This document shows positions 19,587 through 28,704 of a stretch of DNA of 37,699 nucleotides, piece after piece. The DNA comes from a virus (Duplodnaviria > Caudoviricetes): the IMG/VR virus record IMGVR_UViG_3300014208_001442, positions 1 to 37,699 of that record; one strand, given 5' to 3'. The position numbers and the translations under genes are program-made. The first letter of the stretch is position 1, and every line of letters starts with the position of its first letter. A model generated the notes under the pieces. It did no database searches. It had not been told where the DNA came from and worked only from the letters and a program-made list of their open reading frames with translations.

Positions 19587-19994
19587 CTATGCGTCGACGG
19601 CGTCCTTGACCTTCGAGCTGGCCGCCAGAAGCGACTTCTGGCTGAGCGACATCTCGATCTTGTATTTCGCGGCGAGAAGCTCGGCCATCGCGACCGGGAT
19701 CTCGACCATGCTCCCCTTGAGGATCGTCAGCTTGTAGCCGTTGATCTGGACGATCTCCGTGGCCCCCGGCTGGTCGTCCGGGCTCATCGGGACCATGAAC
19801 ATGACCTGCGGGCCGCGCTTGAGGATCTGCTTCGTGTCCTCGACGATGTCCCCGGTCGGCACGAATCCTTCCGGCCAGTGCGCCTTGCGCGTTCCGGTAG
19901 AAACCGGGGCCGTGGATTTTGCCAGCTCCGAGACGGCCGGGGCCGCCTTCGTATCCTCCGCCTGTTCTTCCTCGGTCGTTTCTTTCTTTCCCAT
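19587..19994 (-). CDS. Conserved-type phage protein downstream of N4-gp56 capsid
   Basis: VQINGYKLTILKGSMVEIPVAMAELL motif; position. Confidence 0.6.
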   Translation of the reverse strand: MGKKETTEEEQAEDTKAAPAVSELAKSTAPVSTGTRKAHWPEGFVPTGDIVEDTKQILKRGPQVMFMVPMSPDDQPGATEIVQINGYKLTILKGSMVEIPVAMAELLAAKYKIEMSLSQKSLLAASSKVKDAVDA

Positions 19995-20042
19995 ACGGCT
20001 TTTATTAAGTTTTAAGGCTTTGACGGGCGGTTTCCCCTACCG

Positions 20043-20495
20043 TTAGGCGGTAACGGTGACGGCTGCGACGGCCGCGGCGGTCAGCGCGGCCGGGTTCGCG
20101 GCCGTGATAGCCGCGGGGTTGGCCGCGGTGATCGCGGCCGGGTTGGTTGCAACCGCGGTGGTCGCGGCCGCGTAGTCCGTGTCCGTCACGCCGCCGTCGC
20201 TGTTAAGCTTGGTGCGAAGCGTGTTGAAGTCGGTGACGCGGTTGGCGTTGTCCGTGACGAGGTCGACCACTTCCAGGCGCGTCGCCGTGAGGTCGGTCAC
20301 AAGCTTCACGACTTCCGCGCGGATGGCGGTGATGTCGGTCACGACCTTCACGATCTCGGCGCGGTTCGCAGTGAGGTCGGTGACGAGCTTGTTCACCTCG
20401 GCGCGAATCGCCGTGTAGTCGGTCAGGATGGCCTCAAGAACCTCCTTGGTGCTCTTGTGCTGCCCCGCCATGGAATCGCTGATGTCTTCTGACAT
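20043..20495 (-). CDS. Coiled-coil repeat protein (possible head fibre/decoration)
   Basis: Four 14-aa repeats TAIRAEVxKLVTDL and three ANPAAITA repeats; directly after capsid. Confidence 0.65.
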   Translation of the reverse strand: MSEDISDSMAGQHKSTKEVLEAILTDYTAIRAEVNKLVTDLTANRAEIVKVVTDITAIRAEVVKLVTDLTATRLEVVDLVTDNANRVTDFNTLRTKLNSDGGVTDTDYAAATTAVATNPAAITAANPAAITAANPAALTAAAVAAVTVTA

Positions 20496-20555
20496 AGGGA
20501 TGTGGCTATTTTTTTAACGGCGCTCGGCGGCGGTTTCCGTGACGTCATCCAACGA

Positions 20556-21524
20556 CTAGACCGACGCGCACATGATGCGCGTGAGGAAGTTGTCGTTGAG
20601 GATCTTCGCGACGAACGTGGCCTTCCAACCGGAGGTCGCGCGCTGGTCGAGCGGGTCGGCAGAACCGGCGGATCCAAGCGGCTTGACGATGTTCTTCATC
20701 GCCTCGCCGGAGACGCGCGTGGTGCCGTACGCGTTCGCACCGAGGATGAGCACCGAGTAAAGGTCGATGGACGAGGTGCCGGCCGCCGTGAACACCTTCG
20801 CGTTGGTGGACTCCACGAAGCGGACCTCGTCGTACTTGCCGATCTCGCCCGGCAGCACGCCCATCTGCGAGGAGTAGTTCTCCACCTTCGTGAAACCGGT
20901 CATGGCCTTCAGCGTCGTGGAGATGTTCGGGTGGACGATGCCGATGTACGACGCGGCCACCGGGGCGGTCGCGTAGCCCGTCGACGGCTCGATCATCTTC
21001 GTGACCTTGCGGGCGTTGTTATTCTTGAGCGTGGTGACGGCGGCGATGATGTTCGCCGTGGTCACGACGTCGCCGGCGGCCACGTGCGAGTTCTGCGTGT
21101 TGGCCGTGCCGGCGTAGGACACGGACGTACCCGCGTTGAGCACGTCGCGCGTGAGCTGGTCGATGGTGTCGCCGGCCTGGTCGCCCAAGATTTCAGCGGC
21201 CTCCATGAGCACCGGGTCGGCGGACTCGTAGTCGACGACGTCCGAGATGGTGATGAAGTCGCCGTACTGGAGAGCCGCGGCGGTGATGTCGGTCACGGAG
21301 AGCGCGGAGCCGTCCGGCGTGACGCCCTCTGTGAGGGCGGTAGTCGCGGCGGTCAGGTTCCCGTAGCGGCGGAACTTGGCAGTGGAACTGCCCCCGTTGC
21401 GCTTCACGTCCTTCGGCTGCGCCCAGTGCGTGTGAATGAACAGCGCAACCGCGCGCTCAAGGAGCGTCCGGTTATATACGCTGGCCACCTCAGCGGGAAT
21501 CTGTGTTCGAGTGGTGGTTGACAT
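20556..21524 (-). CDS. Major capsid protein, N4-gp56 family
   Basis: KFRRY...LTEGVTP...QYGDFITISD...GEIG...VRFVES...VKPLGSAGSADPLDQRATSGWK motifs. Confidence 0.92.
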   Translation of the reverse strand: MSTTTRTQIPAEVASVYNRTLLERAVALFIHTHWAQPKDVKRNGGSSTAKFRRYGNLTAATTALTEGVTPDGSALSVTDITAAALQYGDFITISDVVDYESADPVLMEAAEILGDQAGDTIDQLTRDVLNAGTSVSYAGTANTQNSHVAAGDVVTTANIIAAVTTLKNNNARKVTKMIEPSTGYATAPVAASYIGIVHPNISTTLKAMTGFTKVENYSSQMGVLPGEIGKYDEVRFVESTNAKVFTAAGTSSIDLYSVLILGANAYGTTRVSGEAMKNIVKPLGSAGSADPLDQRATSGWKATFVAKILNDNFLTRIMCASV

Positions 21525-21542
21525 ACGGTCTCTTTAATTTGT

Positions 21543-22232
21543 TTAAGAAGCGCCTTTCGTCCGGATTCTCTGCTGCTCGGCGGCGAACTCGGCGGGAGTC
21601 ATCTGCCACGGGTCCTTCGCGACGTCGCCGCGCGAGGTTCCTCCGCCGGCCTGGGTGCCGCGCGCCTTCTCGTCCGCCTTGCGCGCGCGTTCCGCCCCGA
21701 TTCGGAGCAGTCCCTCGCGCCCGACGACTTCGAGGAACACGGTCTCGACCGGAAGGTTCCGGCGGGACGGATGGTTCATCCACTTCATCGCCTTCTTCTT
21801 GTATTCGCGGAATTCCTCGTTCCCCTCCTTCGAGAGGAATTCGTCCACCTCCTGCGCGTCCTCGGCGGCGAGATGCTTCTCGATTAGCGGGCGGACCAGC
21901 TCGCCGGCAACCTTGCCGACGGTCTCCTTGTCCGAGTCCGTCATCTCGTCGTCATCCGCGCCGTCGTTGTCGGAACCGTCCGCAACCGTCGCCGCAGCGG
22001 CCTTCGCCGCCTTTCGTTCCTGCCGTTCCCTGATGAAATCGGCGGGGGTCTTGCGCTTGCGTTCCTCGGGCTCCCGGGCCTCGTCCGCGGCCTTCGCGTC
22101 AGCCGCCGACTTTGCGGCGTCCGTGTCGCCCGATTCGCCGCCTGCGTCCGTGCCTTCCTTCGCCGCCTCGCCCGCGTCGGCCGCGCTCGTCGTGTCGGCC
22201 GCCGTGTCGGTCACCGCTTCTTCGTCTGGCAT
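21543..22232 (-). CDS. Capsid scaffolding protein
   Basis: Acidic low-complexity N-terminus, C-terminal DPWQMTPAEFAAEQQRI, directly upstream of capsid. Confidence 0.75.
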   Translation of the reverse strand: MPDEEAVTDTAADTTSAADAGEAAKEGTDAGGESGDTDAAKSAADAKAADEAREPEERKRKTPADFIRERQERKAAKAAAATVADGSDNDGADDDEMTDSDKETVGKVAGELVRPLIEKHLAAEDAQEVDEFLSKEGNEEFREYKKKAMKWMNHPSRRNLPVETVFLEVVGREGLLRIGAERARKADEKARGTQAGGGTSRGDVAKDPWQMTPAEFAAEQQRIRTKGAS

Positions 22233-22408
22233 ATTTTTTGCGTTACTCGCGTCGTCCCGGTTGCCGAGACCGGAATTCGGCGGGACATCTCGGCCACGAG
22301 GGCCGGATTGGGCCTCCGCAGAGGCTCGGATGGACGGGACAAATTAGGTAGGAAACCGCCAAAGCCCCTTCCCTGTCCCGCCCGTCTGAGCCCCGCGAAG
22401 GCCGTTAT

Positions 22409-22843
22409 TTAGGATCGCGCCTTCCGTACGTCGTCGGCGGTTTCGTACGGGTCGTCCCTGTCATCCTCCTCGTCAGTCACGGACAGCTTGCCGATGATGC
22501 GCAGCGGCGTGTCCCTGACCGCCTGGGTCAGCTTCAGCCGGTACCGCAGCCGGTCCGCCTCCGCGTCGTCGATCTCGTTGCCGGTCAGCGGATCGGCCTT
22601 TTCGAGGACCGCGCGCGTCAGGTACGCGATGTTCTCGTCGAGGTCGCGTTCCACGATCTGCCAGCCCGGAGAAAGCCGCATGGATTCCAGCGCGGCGATC
22701 GTTCCCGCCGGATCGGTGGGAATCGGCATCTTTGCCAGCTCCACCACCATCACGCGGGACTTCTTCCTGGGAGGCACGCACTTGGCGCACGGCGTCAGCG
22801 GCGAATCTCCTCGCGTATGGTTGTAGGACGGTTTCTTTTTCAT
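22409..22843 (-). CDS. Hypothetical protein between portal and scaffold
   Basis: In operon; SPGWQIVERDL helix pattern seen in small portal-adjacent podophage proteins. Confidence 0.6.
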   Translation of the reverse strand: MKKKPSYNHTRGDSPLTPCAKCVPPRKKSRVMVVELAKMPIPTDPAGTIAALESMRLSPGWQIVERDLDENIAYLTRAVLEKADPLTGNEIDDAEADRLRYRLKLTQAVRDTPLRIIGKLSVTDEEDDRDDPYETADDVRKARS

Positions 22844-22846
22844 AGG

Positions 22847-24808
22847 CTATGCGGGGATAGGCATCGCGGGCATTCCCGGCACCGCGCGCTGCGACGCGAT
22901 CGGGGCACCCATGTTCGCCTCCTCCTGCGGGTCCGTCGGACGGTTCCGCGCGAGGTCGAGCGCCGGGTTGACGCGCTTGAGCATCATCGCCTTGCGGTGC
23001 GCGTTAATATGGGCGAACTTGGCCGGGGTGTCGGCGGCCTTGTTGTGGACCTGCATGTGCATGAAGTCGTCGTCGTAGACGTTGACCGGGACCTTCTCCC
23101 CGGCATCCAGCCCCTCGTTCTCGGCCTCGGCGGTAAGCTCGTCGACCGTCGGCGGGAGGATCTGCTCCACCTCGTCCTTCTGAAAGCCCGAGTACTCGCC
23201 GATCTTGCGGAGAGCCAGGCGGATGTTCGCGCTCTGCGGGTCCGTGGCCATGATGTCCTTGAGGAAAAGCCGGTACTTCTGGAGGTTGTTCGTCTTGATC
23301 TCCTCCGCGACGACGCGGGACTCGACCACCACGTCCGGGTCGTTCACCGCGATGATGTTCTCGCGCGTGAGCTTTCGCCATTTGAACCCCATCGCGCCCC
23401 GGATGCGGATCACCTTCTCGTCGATTCCGGCGGTGAAATGGTCCTTGTAAAGCTTGTACCAGTACTTCCAGAAGCGTTTCTCGGACCAACCCCAGATCTT
23501 CGCGGAAAGGGAGTAGCGGGTGTCCACCTTGTTGGAGACGAGGTTGAGCTCGGTCGCCGTGCGCTTCGTGCCGCCGGTCGCGCCCTGCTGGATGTCCGGC
23601 GTGGCCGTGGCCTTCTGCGCGGCGGCGTCGAGCGTTTCTAGGATCCATCCCACCTCCGCCTTCACCTCCGCGCGGGGGACGAGCTGGATGGCCCCCGAGG
23701 GGTTCCCGTCCACGCCGACGTGCTTGTTCATCGCGAGGTTGAGGTCCGCCTTGTTCTTGATCTTGTTGAAGTCATAGAGATACGTCGGGGTGAGCCCGGT
23801 CTTGATCCCCTGCAGCCCCATGTTCTGGAGCGACGCGCGCGCCCGCTGCTTGTCCTCCACGAGGTCGGGGATGGACACCCCGTCCCAGTCGTGGGCGATC
23901 GGGTAGAGCGGACGGTCTACGATGGGCCAGAACGACGTGTCGAGCTCTTGGTAGCGGACGACCTTCTTGCATTCGTCCCCGAGGGTGACGAGGACCTTCT
24001 TCCCGTTCCAGTTCGTGAACCATTCGAGCAGGCGGATCTCCGAGTTGTCGCCCGTCGTGCTTTCCTCGGTCTTGGACGAGCTGTCGAACCCCTGCGCCTC
24101 GCGCCGCGCCGTCACGTTCCTGTCGTACTGCTCGCGTCCGGTCGCCGAGTCGGCCTTCAGGCCCTCGAAGTCGAAATACACTCCCGCCTCGCGCATCTGG
24201 CCCTTCGTGAGGCGGATCTCGCGGCCGCCGTAGCGCATGGCACCGCGTCCCTTCCGGTCGCCGTTGACGCTCTTAGCGCGCGGGTCGCGGATCCAGGTCA
24301 TCGGGTCGATGATTTCCGGAATCGGGCACATCGCCTTGCGGTCGAACTCCATGATCAGCTTCAATCCGCGCCCGAAGAAACAGGTGTCGAAGTCCCACTC
24401 GTAGTCCAGAACGTCGTTCTCCATCTCCTCGTAGTCGAAGCGCGCGAGCGCGTCGATGTTGGAGCACGTCTCCTCGTCGCCCTCCTCGCGCCCCAGGTGC
24501 GTCACGCCGAGGCGGTCGCCGTACAGCGAGGCGAGCACGGTCTGCAGGATCGTGAACATCAGCGGGTCGCCGATGGCCGTCTTGTCGCGCTTCTGGTTAT
24601 TTAATAACTTGAGGCGCACGGCCCACTCGTCCACCTTGGGCTGCATGAAGCGGGAACCGATCTTGAACTCTTCCTTCACCTGGAGGGCCACCTTCGCGTA
24701 GTCCGAGGACTTCTTCCCCTTCTTGGGCTTCTCCTCGCGCGAAACGGAAGAATCCCCGGATTCGTTTCCGAGTTCGTCTTCCGCTTCCTCTTGCTTCTTT
24801 CGAGCCAT
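22847..24808 (-). CDS. Portal protein (P22/podophage-like)
   Basis: 653 aa after TerL; GVSIPDLVEDKQRA and TKRTATE motifs; DDDFMHMQVH C-terminal region. Confidence 0.85.
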   Translation of the reverse strand: MARKKQEEAEDELGNESGDSSVSREEKPKKGKKSSDYAKVALQVKEEFKIGSRFMQPKVDEWAVRLKLLNNQKRDKTAIGDPLMFTILQTVLASLYGDRLGVTHLGREEGDEETCSNIDALARFDYEEMENDVLDYEWDFDTCFFGRGLKLIMEFDRKAMCPIPEIIDPMTWIRDPRAKSVNGDRKGRGAMRYGGREIRLTKGQMREAGVYFDFEGLKADSATGREQYDRNVTARREAQGFDSSSKTEESTTGDNSEIRLLEWFTNWNGKKVLVTLGDECKKVVRYQELDTSFWPIVDRPLYPIAHDWDGVSIPDLVEDKQRARASLQNMGLQGIKTGLTPTYLYDFNKIKNKADLNLAMNKHVGVDGNPSGAIQLVPRAEVKAEVGWILETLDAAAQKATATPDIQQGATGGTKRTATELNLVSNKVDTRYSLSAKIWGWSEKRFWKYWYKLYKDHFTAGIDEKVIRIRGAMGFKWRKLTRENIIAVNDPDVVVESRVVAEEIKTNNLQKYRLFLKDIMATDPQSANIRLALRKIGEYSGFQKDEVEQILPPTVDELTAEAENEGLDAGEKVPVNVYDDDFMHMQVHNKAADTPAKFAHINAHRKAMMLKRVNPALDLARNRPTDPQEEANMGAPIASQRAVPGMPAMPIPA

Positions 24809-24850
24809 ATTCCGGGTTGGCGGTTTCCGGAATGGGGCTAATTAAGAACT

Positions 24851-25195
24851 CTAGGAACGCTTCGCCTGCTTTTGGATCTTCCTCGCCTCCTTGCCGGCCT
24901 CCCTCTCCATCTTTTTCAAATCCTGCTCGTATTGTTTCGAAAGGACGTAATCCGCTCGTTCCGAGGCCCTGCCCATCAGGACCGAGAGCACGTTCTGGAG
25001 AACGACTTCCCGATACGGGGTCCGCGCCTTCTTGAGAAAGAACATGATCCGTCCGGCCAGTCCCGGCTTGACGCGCACGTTGTCCGTGAAGATTTGCTGC
25101 CGCGCGACGAGCAGGTACTCGAACGTGTCGCCGAACTGCCTGAAATAGATGTTGCACCCCTTGTGCTTCGCGGCGCGGAACGTTCGAATCAGCAT
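24851..25195 (-). CDS. Basic hypothetical protein
   Basis: Start refined to MLIRTFRAAK (aaaaatATG at 25195); between TerL and portal. Confidence 0.6.
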   Translation of the reverse strand: MLIRTFRAAKHKGCNIYFRQFGDTFEYLLVARQQIFTDNVRVKPGLAGRIMFFLKKARTPYREVVLQNVLSVLMGRASERADYVLSKQYEQDLKKMEREAGKEARKIQKQAKRS

Positions 25196-25215
25196 ATTTT
25201 TGGTGTTAGGCGGTT

Positions 25216-26700
25216 TCAGGTCGTCGCGTAGGGGTCGGGGTTGTACTCCTCCCCGTAGGTTTCGCGCTGTGGCGGGGGCGGCTCGATCCACGTGGGACCC
25301 ATGAAGAGCGTGCGCCCGATCGTCTCGATGTAGTGGTCGTCCTTGTCCACGGTCTTCTCCTTGAGCCCGTGCTTTTCCACGGACTTGCCGACCCAGTTAT
25401 CCCAGGAATAGTGCTCAAGCTCGAAGATCGTGTTGACGCAGGTCTCGAAGACGAAAAGCTGCGGCGGCTTCAGGATCTCCTCCGTCCCAGGCGCGCGCCT
25501 GTACGAGAGGGCGTCCTCGATGCACTTGTCCGAGTCCGTGCGCGCCTTCGTGGCGGCCATGTAGGACACACCGAGCCCGGACAGCTTGAGCGCGAGGCTC
25601 TTCCCGCCGGGGCCGTTCGGGTTGTGCTGGTCCTCGTTGAACGCGGACGGGTCGATCACGCGGCGCTGTATGCGGAACCTGTCGGCCTTCGCCTTGACCT
25701 CGGTGGCCAGCCCCTCCGTCTCCCCGGAATATTTCAGCTCGTCGACGACGTACCAGTTGTTCTGCCGGTCCACGGCGATCCACGTCGCGGCGTCCGGATG
25801 GCGCGGGTGCACGTCGAGCGACTCATAAACGGTGAAGTCCTGCTTGTTGACGTGGAACGGCTTGATGACGTGGACCTTCCGGTTGAAATCCTTGAACCGG
25901 AGGCCGACGAGGTGCTGGAACTTCCCGTGCACGCGCGCCTGCTTCTCGTCCTCGGAGTATTCCGCGGTCATCTTCTCGATGTTGGCGTGCTCCAGGTGGC
26001 CGCGCGTCCCGTGCTGCTTGCACGCCGCCTCCACCCCGGCCTCGATGTAGACGCGCTGGCCCTTGTCGAGCAGGTCGCCGGTCGGATTCGCGATCACGTG
26101 GTCGTAGAGCCAGGCGGCAGACAGCGGCGTCTCGGAGATGAAGATGATCCCGCCCTTGCGCAGACGGCCGACGCACGCCTTGAAGATCGCCTCGGGCGGG
26201 GGCTCGTCGAACCAGATCCAGCCGAGCGTCGTGGACTCGAACTCCTTCACCTCCTGGTCGTACGTCATCACGTCGAAGCTCCAGCCGTTGTCCGTCTCGA
26301 ACGCGCTGTCGTAGCTCTTCCCGGCCTTGCGCGAGGTGTAGCGCCCAGTCGGCAGCCATTCCTTGAGCGTGGGGATGAGGTTCGACGTGAGGTTGGTGTG
26401 CTCCGAGACGATGCGGCCCTGCTTCGGGTACGGCCATTTCTTGTACAGCGGGTGGTCGAACCAAGGATTCTCGGAGTCGTTGCCGAACAGGATGTGCGCG
26501 ACCACGTTCGCGCTCACGCACGTCTTTCCGACGCCGTTCGCCGCGCTGAACAGCACGATGAAGTTCTCGCCGCTCCCGACCATCCTGATGTACTCCTCAC
26601 ACTTGGCGTTCGGCTCGTAGTAGCGGTACTTCTCGTGGGTCAAACGAAAGGCCCGTTCCTCCTTGAGCTCCCGCAGCGTTTTAGAGGCGTCATCGGGCAT
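25216..26700 (-). CDS. terL: Terminase large subunit
   Basis: Walker A AANGVGKT, Walker B WIWFDEPPP, RNase H-like C-terminus (SLDVHP, IDPSA, KDDHYIE). Confidence 0.93.
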   Translation of the reverse strand: MPDDASKTLRELKEERAFRLTHEKYRYYEPNAKCEEYIRMVGSGENFIVLFSAANGVGKTCVSANVVAHILFGNDSENPWFDHPLYKKWPYPKQGRIVSEHTNLTSNLIPTLKEWLPTGRYTSRKAGKSYDSAFETDNGWSFDVMTYDQEVKEFESTTLGWIWFDEPPPEAIFKACVGRLRKGGIIFISETPLSAAWLYDHVIANPTGDLLDKGQRVYIEAGVEAACKQHGTRGHLEHANIEKMTAEYSEDEKQARVHGKFQHLVGLRFKDFNRKVHVIKPFHVNKQDFTVYESLDVHPRHPDAATWIAVDRQNNWYVVDELKYSGETEGLATEVKAKADRFRIQRRVIDPSAFNEDQHNPNGPGGKSLALKLSGLGVSYMAATKARTDSDKCIEDALSYRRAPGTEEILKPPQLFVFETCVNTIFELEHYSWDNWVGKSVEKHGLKEKTVDKDDHYIETIGRTLFMGPTWIEPPPPQRETYGEEYNPDPYATT

Positions 26701-26713
26701 AGTTTCTCTCTAG

Positions 26714-27109
26714 CTAATCCTTTTTCCGCAGCTTCCTCTCGGCCTCCTCCACGGCGGCGTCCAGCTCCTCGTCGGTCATCTCGCTGAACTTGCGCATCAC
26801 CACGGTGGTCTGTTCAGGCGCGTAGCTCCCGCGAAGCTTGTACGCCATGTCGACGGCCCTCAGCCGAGCCGCGTTGTCCGGGTCGCCGTAGCCGTCCTCG
26901 GCGTCGAGCTGTGCCGCGTGAACCTGCGCGATCTTCTCTGGCTGGAGGTATTTGTCGAGCAATTCCTGCCACGACTTTTTCTTCTTGAACGACTGTGGGT
27001 TGTTTGCGTAGGTTTTTGAGTAGCCGGCGTCCCGCATGGCCTTCCCGACGCTGTGGCCCTTCTCAATCACCGCCTTCGCAACCTTCCTTGCCTTTGCAGA
27101 TGCAGCCAT
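26714..27109 (-). CDS. terS: Terminase small subunit
   Basis: HTH-like VGKAMRDAGYSKTYANNPQ; ARLRAVDMAYKLRGSYAPE; directly upstream of TerL. Confidence 0.75.
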   Translation of the reverse strand: MAASAKARKVAKAVIEKGHSVGKAMRDAGYSKTYANNPQSFKKKKSWQELLDKYLQPEKIAQVHAAQLDAEDGYGDPDNAARLRAVDMAYKLRGSYAPEQTTVVMRKFSEMTDEELDAAVEEAERKLRKKD

Positions 27110-27119
27110 ATGGTTTTGT

Positions 27120-27383
27120 TCAGAGGTTCTGCTCTTCGTCGATCTGTCCCTCGACTTTCAGGAACACCGCGTAAAACGTGCTTGCCGAGCCGAGTATGCC
27201 CAAGATCGTCTGCCAGAGGTTTGTGTCGCGCAGGAACCAGTAGACGGTCCCAACCACGATGGACGCGAGTACCACTACGAATCTCATGAGTTCCGGGTTC
27301 CGGCCGACCTTCGACCGGAGGAATTCCATCGACAGGGAGATCGCGACGCCGACGACCATTATTTGCGTGAAGTCCTGTTCCAT
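27120..27383 (-). CDS. Small membrane protein, holin-like
   Basis: Three hydrophobic helices in 87 aa, next to peptidase. Confidence 0.55.
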   Translation of the reverse strand: MEQDFTQIMVVGVAISLSMEFLRSKVGRNPELMRFVVVLASIVVGTVYWFLRDTNLWQTILGILGSASTFYAVFLKVEGQIDEEQNL

Positions 27384-27384
27384 A

Positions 27385-28311
27385 TCAGGTCGCGGGCTCG
27401 CCCTTAAGGTTCACGCGCGGGATTCCCACGATGTCGGCGGCTTTGACGTGGATCTCCGGAAACTCGCCGCACATCATCACGCCCTCCGCGTTCGGCTTGG
27501 CGTTCCGTGCCATCACCTCGGTGAGAATCTTTCCCGCGTCGTCCTGGTACAGCTTCGTTCCGTCCACGTTCATCAGGCGTTCCCCGTGGCCGTCGACGAC
27601 GACGACGAGGGAATTCTTCGGAAGTTCGATCATAGGCTTCGGGGCTAGGTGAATTGGAGTGAACGGAACCAGGTACGCGGCCGCGATCTTGTGCGCGTCG
27701 GAGAGCGGCCAGTGCCGTTTGCCGTCGCCCTGCAACGGGTAGGTGTCGAAGATGTGGATTCCCTCGTCGTCCACACGGTATATGACCATGGAGTGATCGC
27801 GCGTACAGAACCAGATCGGACCCTTTTTTAGCGCGGCTTTTAGGGATTCTACGTCCCCCGGCACGTATACCCGCATCCCGATTGACCATTTTTCCAGGAA
27901 CGCGGACATCTCCTTCTTCACGAAATCTGGAGGCTCCTCATTGTATTCCTCCCACGTCATCGGCCGGTCCCATGGCCATGTCTCCTCGGCGCACGCGCCC
28001 TTCTCGCGCAACGCGTGGTCGCATTTGGAGTAGGTGTTTCCATTGCGCGTGCATCCAGACGACCATGAGAAGGCACGGTCGGAAAGATTTATGGGACGGC
28101 CGTAAAAAATAGCATGAATCTCGCAGGTGTTGAACCGCGAACACTGCACGCAGTTCATCGTCTCCAGCCCGAACCTCTGCTGGCTCTCGAACACCGGCAG
28201 GTACGGCTCCCAATCCCCGGAAGGCAGGATGTCCGGCAGCTCGCCCCCCACGCCGCCTAGGAACCCCGTGTCGGGAGCGATCGGCTCGTGGATGATTCCG
28301 AGGTTCGGCAT
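27385..28311 (-). CDS. Papain-like (C1-type) cysteine peptidase, candidate lysin
   Basis: Q...ETMNCVQCS (Cys), LSDRAF...GN, ALKKGPIW, DHSMVIY (His), IFDTY (Asp). Confidence 0.7.
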   Translation of the reverse strand: MPNLGIIHEPIAPDTGFLGGVGGELPDILPSGDWEPYLPVFESQQRFGLETMNCVQCSRFNTCEIHAIFYGRPINLSDRAFSWSSGCTRNGNTYSKCDHALREKGACAEETWPWDRPMTWEEYNEEPPDFVKKEMSAFLEKWSIGMRVYVPGDVESLKAALKKGPIWFCTRDHSMVIYRVDDEGIHIFDTYPLQGDGKRHWPLSDAHKIAAAYLVPFTPIHLAPKPMIELPKNSLVVVVDGHGERLMNVDGTKLYQDDAGKILTEVMARNAKPNAEGVMMCGEFPEIHVKAADIVGIPRVNLKGEPAT

Positions 28312-28322
28312 AACGGTGTGGG

Positions 28323-28580
28323 TTACGGACGCCTCAGCAGGCCCTCGTTAAACCGGGAGATCGTGTCCGTGTTCTTGTCGAGGCTGGACGCGAACGACGA
28401 GATCGCGGTGATGTGCCGCTCGGTCGTCGCGTTGAACTTGCAGGCGAGGTCGTAGATCTGCTGGTCCTTCGTCTCCACCGCGTGGATGAAGTGCTTGACC
28501 ACCTGCTTGCCGAATACGAAAGCCATTCCGAGCACCAATACGCCTATTCCGTACTGCTGGAGGTCGGCCGGGAAATCCAT
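28323..28580 (-). CDS. Single-TM + coiled-coil protein, holin-like (BhlA/UviB-type architecture)
   Basis: QQYGIGVLVLGMAFVFG followed by coiled coil; first gene of late operon. Confidence 0.55.
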   Translation of the reverse strand: MDFPADLQQYGIGVLVLGMAFVFGKQVVKHFIHAVETKDQQIYDLACKFNATTERHITAISSFASSLDKNTDTISRFNEGLLRRP

Positions 28581-28609
28581 AATCGGTCGGTGCGAAATTA
28601 ATTCGGGCC

Positions 28610-28651
28610 TTACTTAACCCCCTTCACCGAAACGCCATGCCTTGTCAAGGG
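28610..28651 (-). promoter_or_regulatory. Putative late promoter, copy 1 of repeated motif
   Basis: CCCTTGACA-N11-TTCGGTGAAGGG-N5-AGTAA, just after a terminator and before the lysis/packaging operon. Confidence 0.6.
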
Positions 28652-28666
28652 ATGTTATCCACCGCG

Positions 28667-28697
28667 AAACGAAAAACAGCCCCGATGGGCTGGTTTC
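28667..28697 (-). terminator. Intrinsic terminator after VRR-NUC gene
   Basis: Minus strand CAGCCC-atcg-GGGCTG followed by TTTTTCGTTT. Confidence 0.75.
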
Positions 28698-28704
28698 ATT
28701 GGAT

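Noticed and set aside
17761-25218. GGAAACCGCC or GTGAAGGG as KOPS/Chi-like motor-loading sites
   Set aside because: The FtsK fusion lacks the gamma domain, and the copies are confined to intergenic gaps rather than spread through coding DNA
25333-26787. 484-aa plus-strand ORF (also 20502-21521, 3350-4525, 19-873, 23720-24604)
   Set aside because: Antisense shadows of TerL, capsid, ejection protein, recombinase and portal
28589-28620. Possible dif-like Xer site (GGTGCGAAATTAATT...)
   Set aside because: Only the first 6 bases match the E. coli XerC arm; no TTATGTTAAAT-like XerD arm at 6-bp spacing
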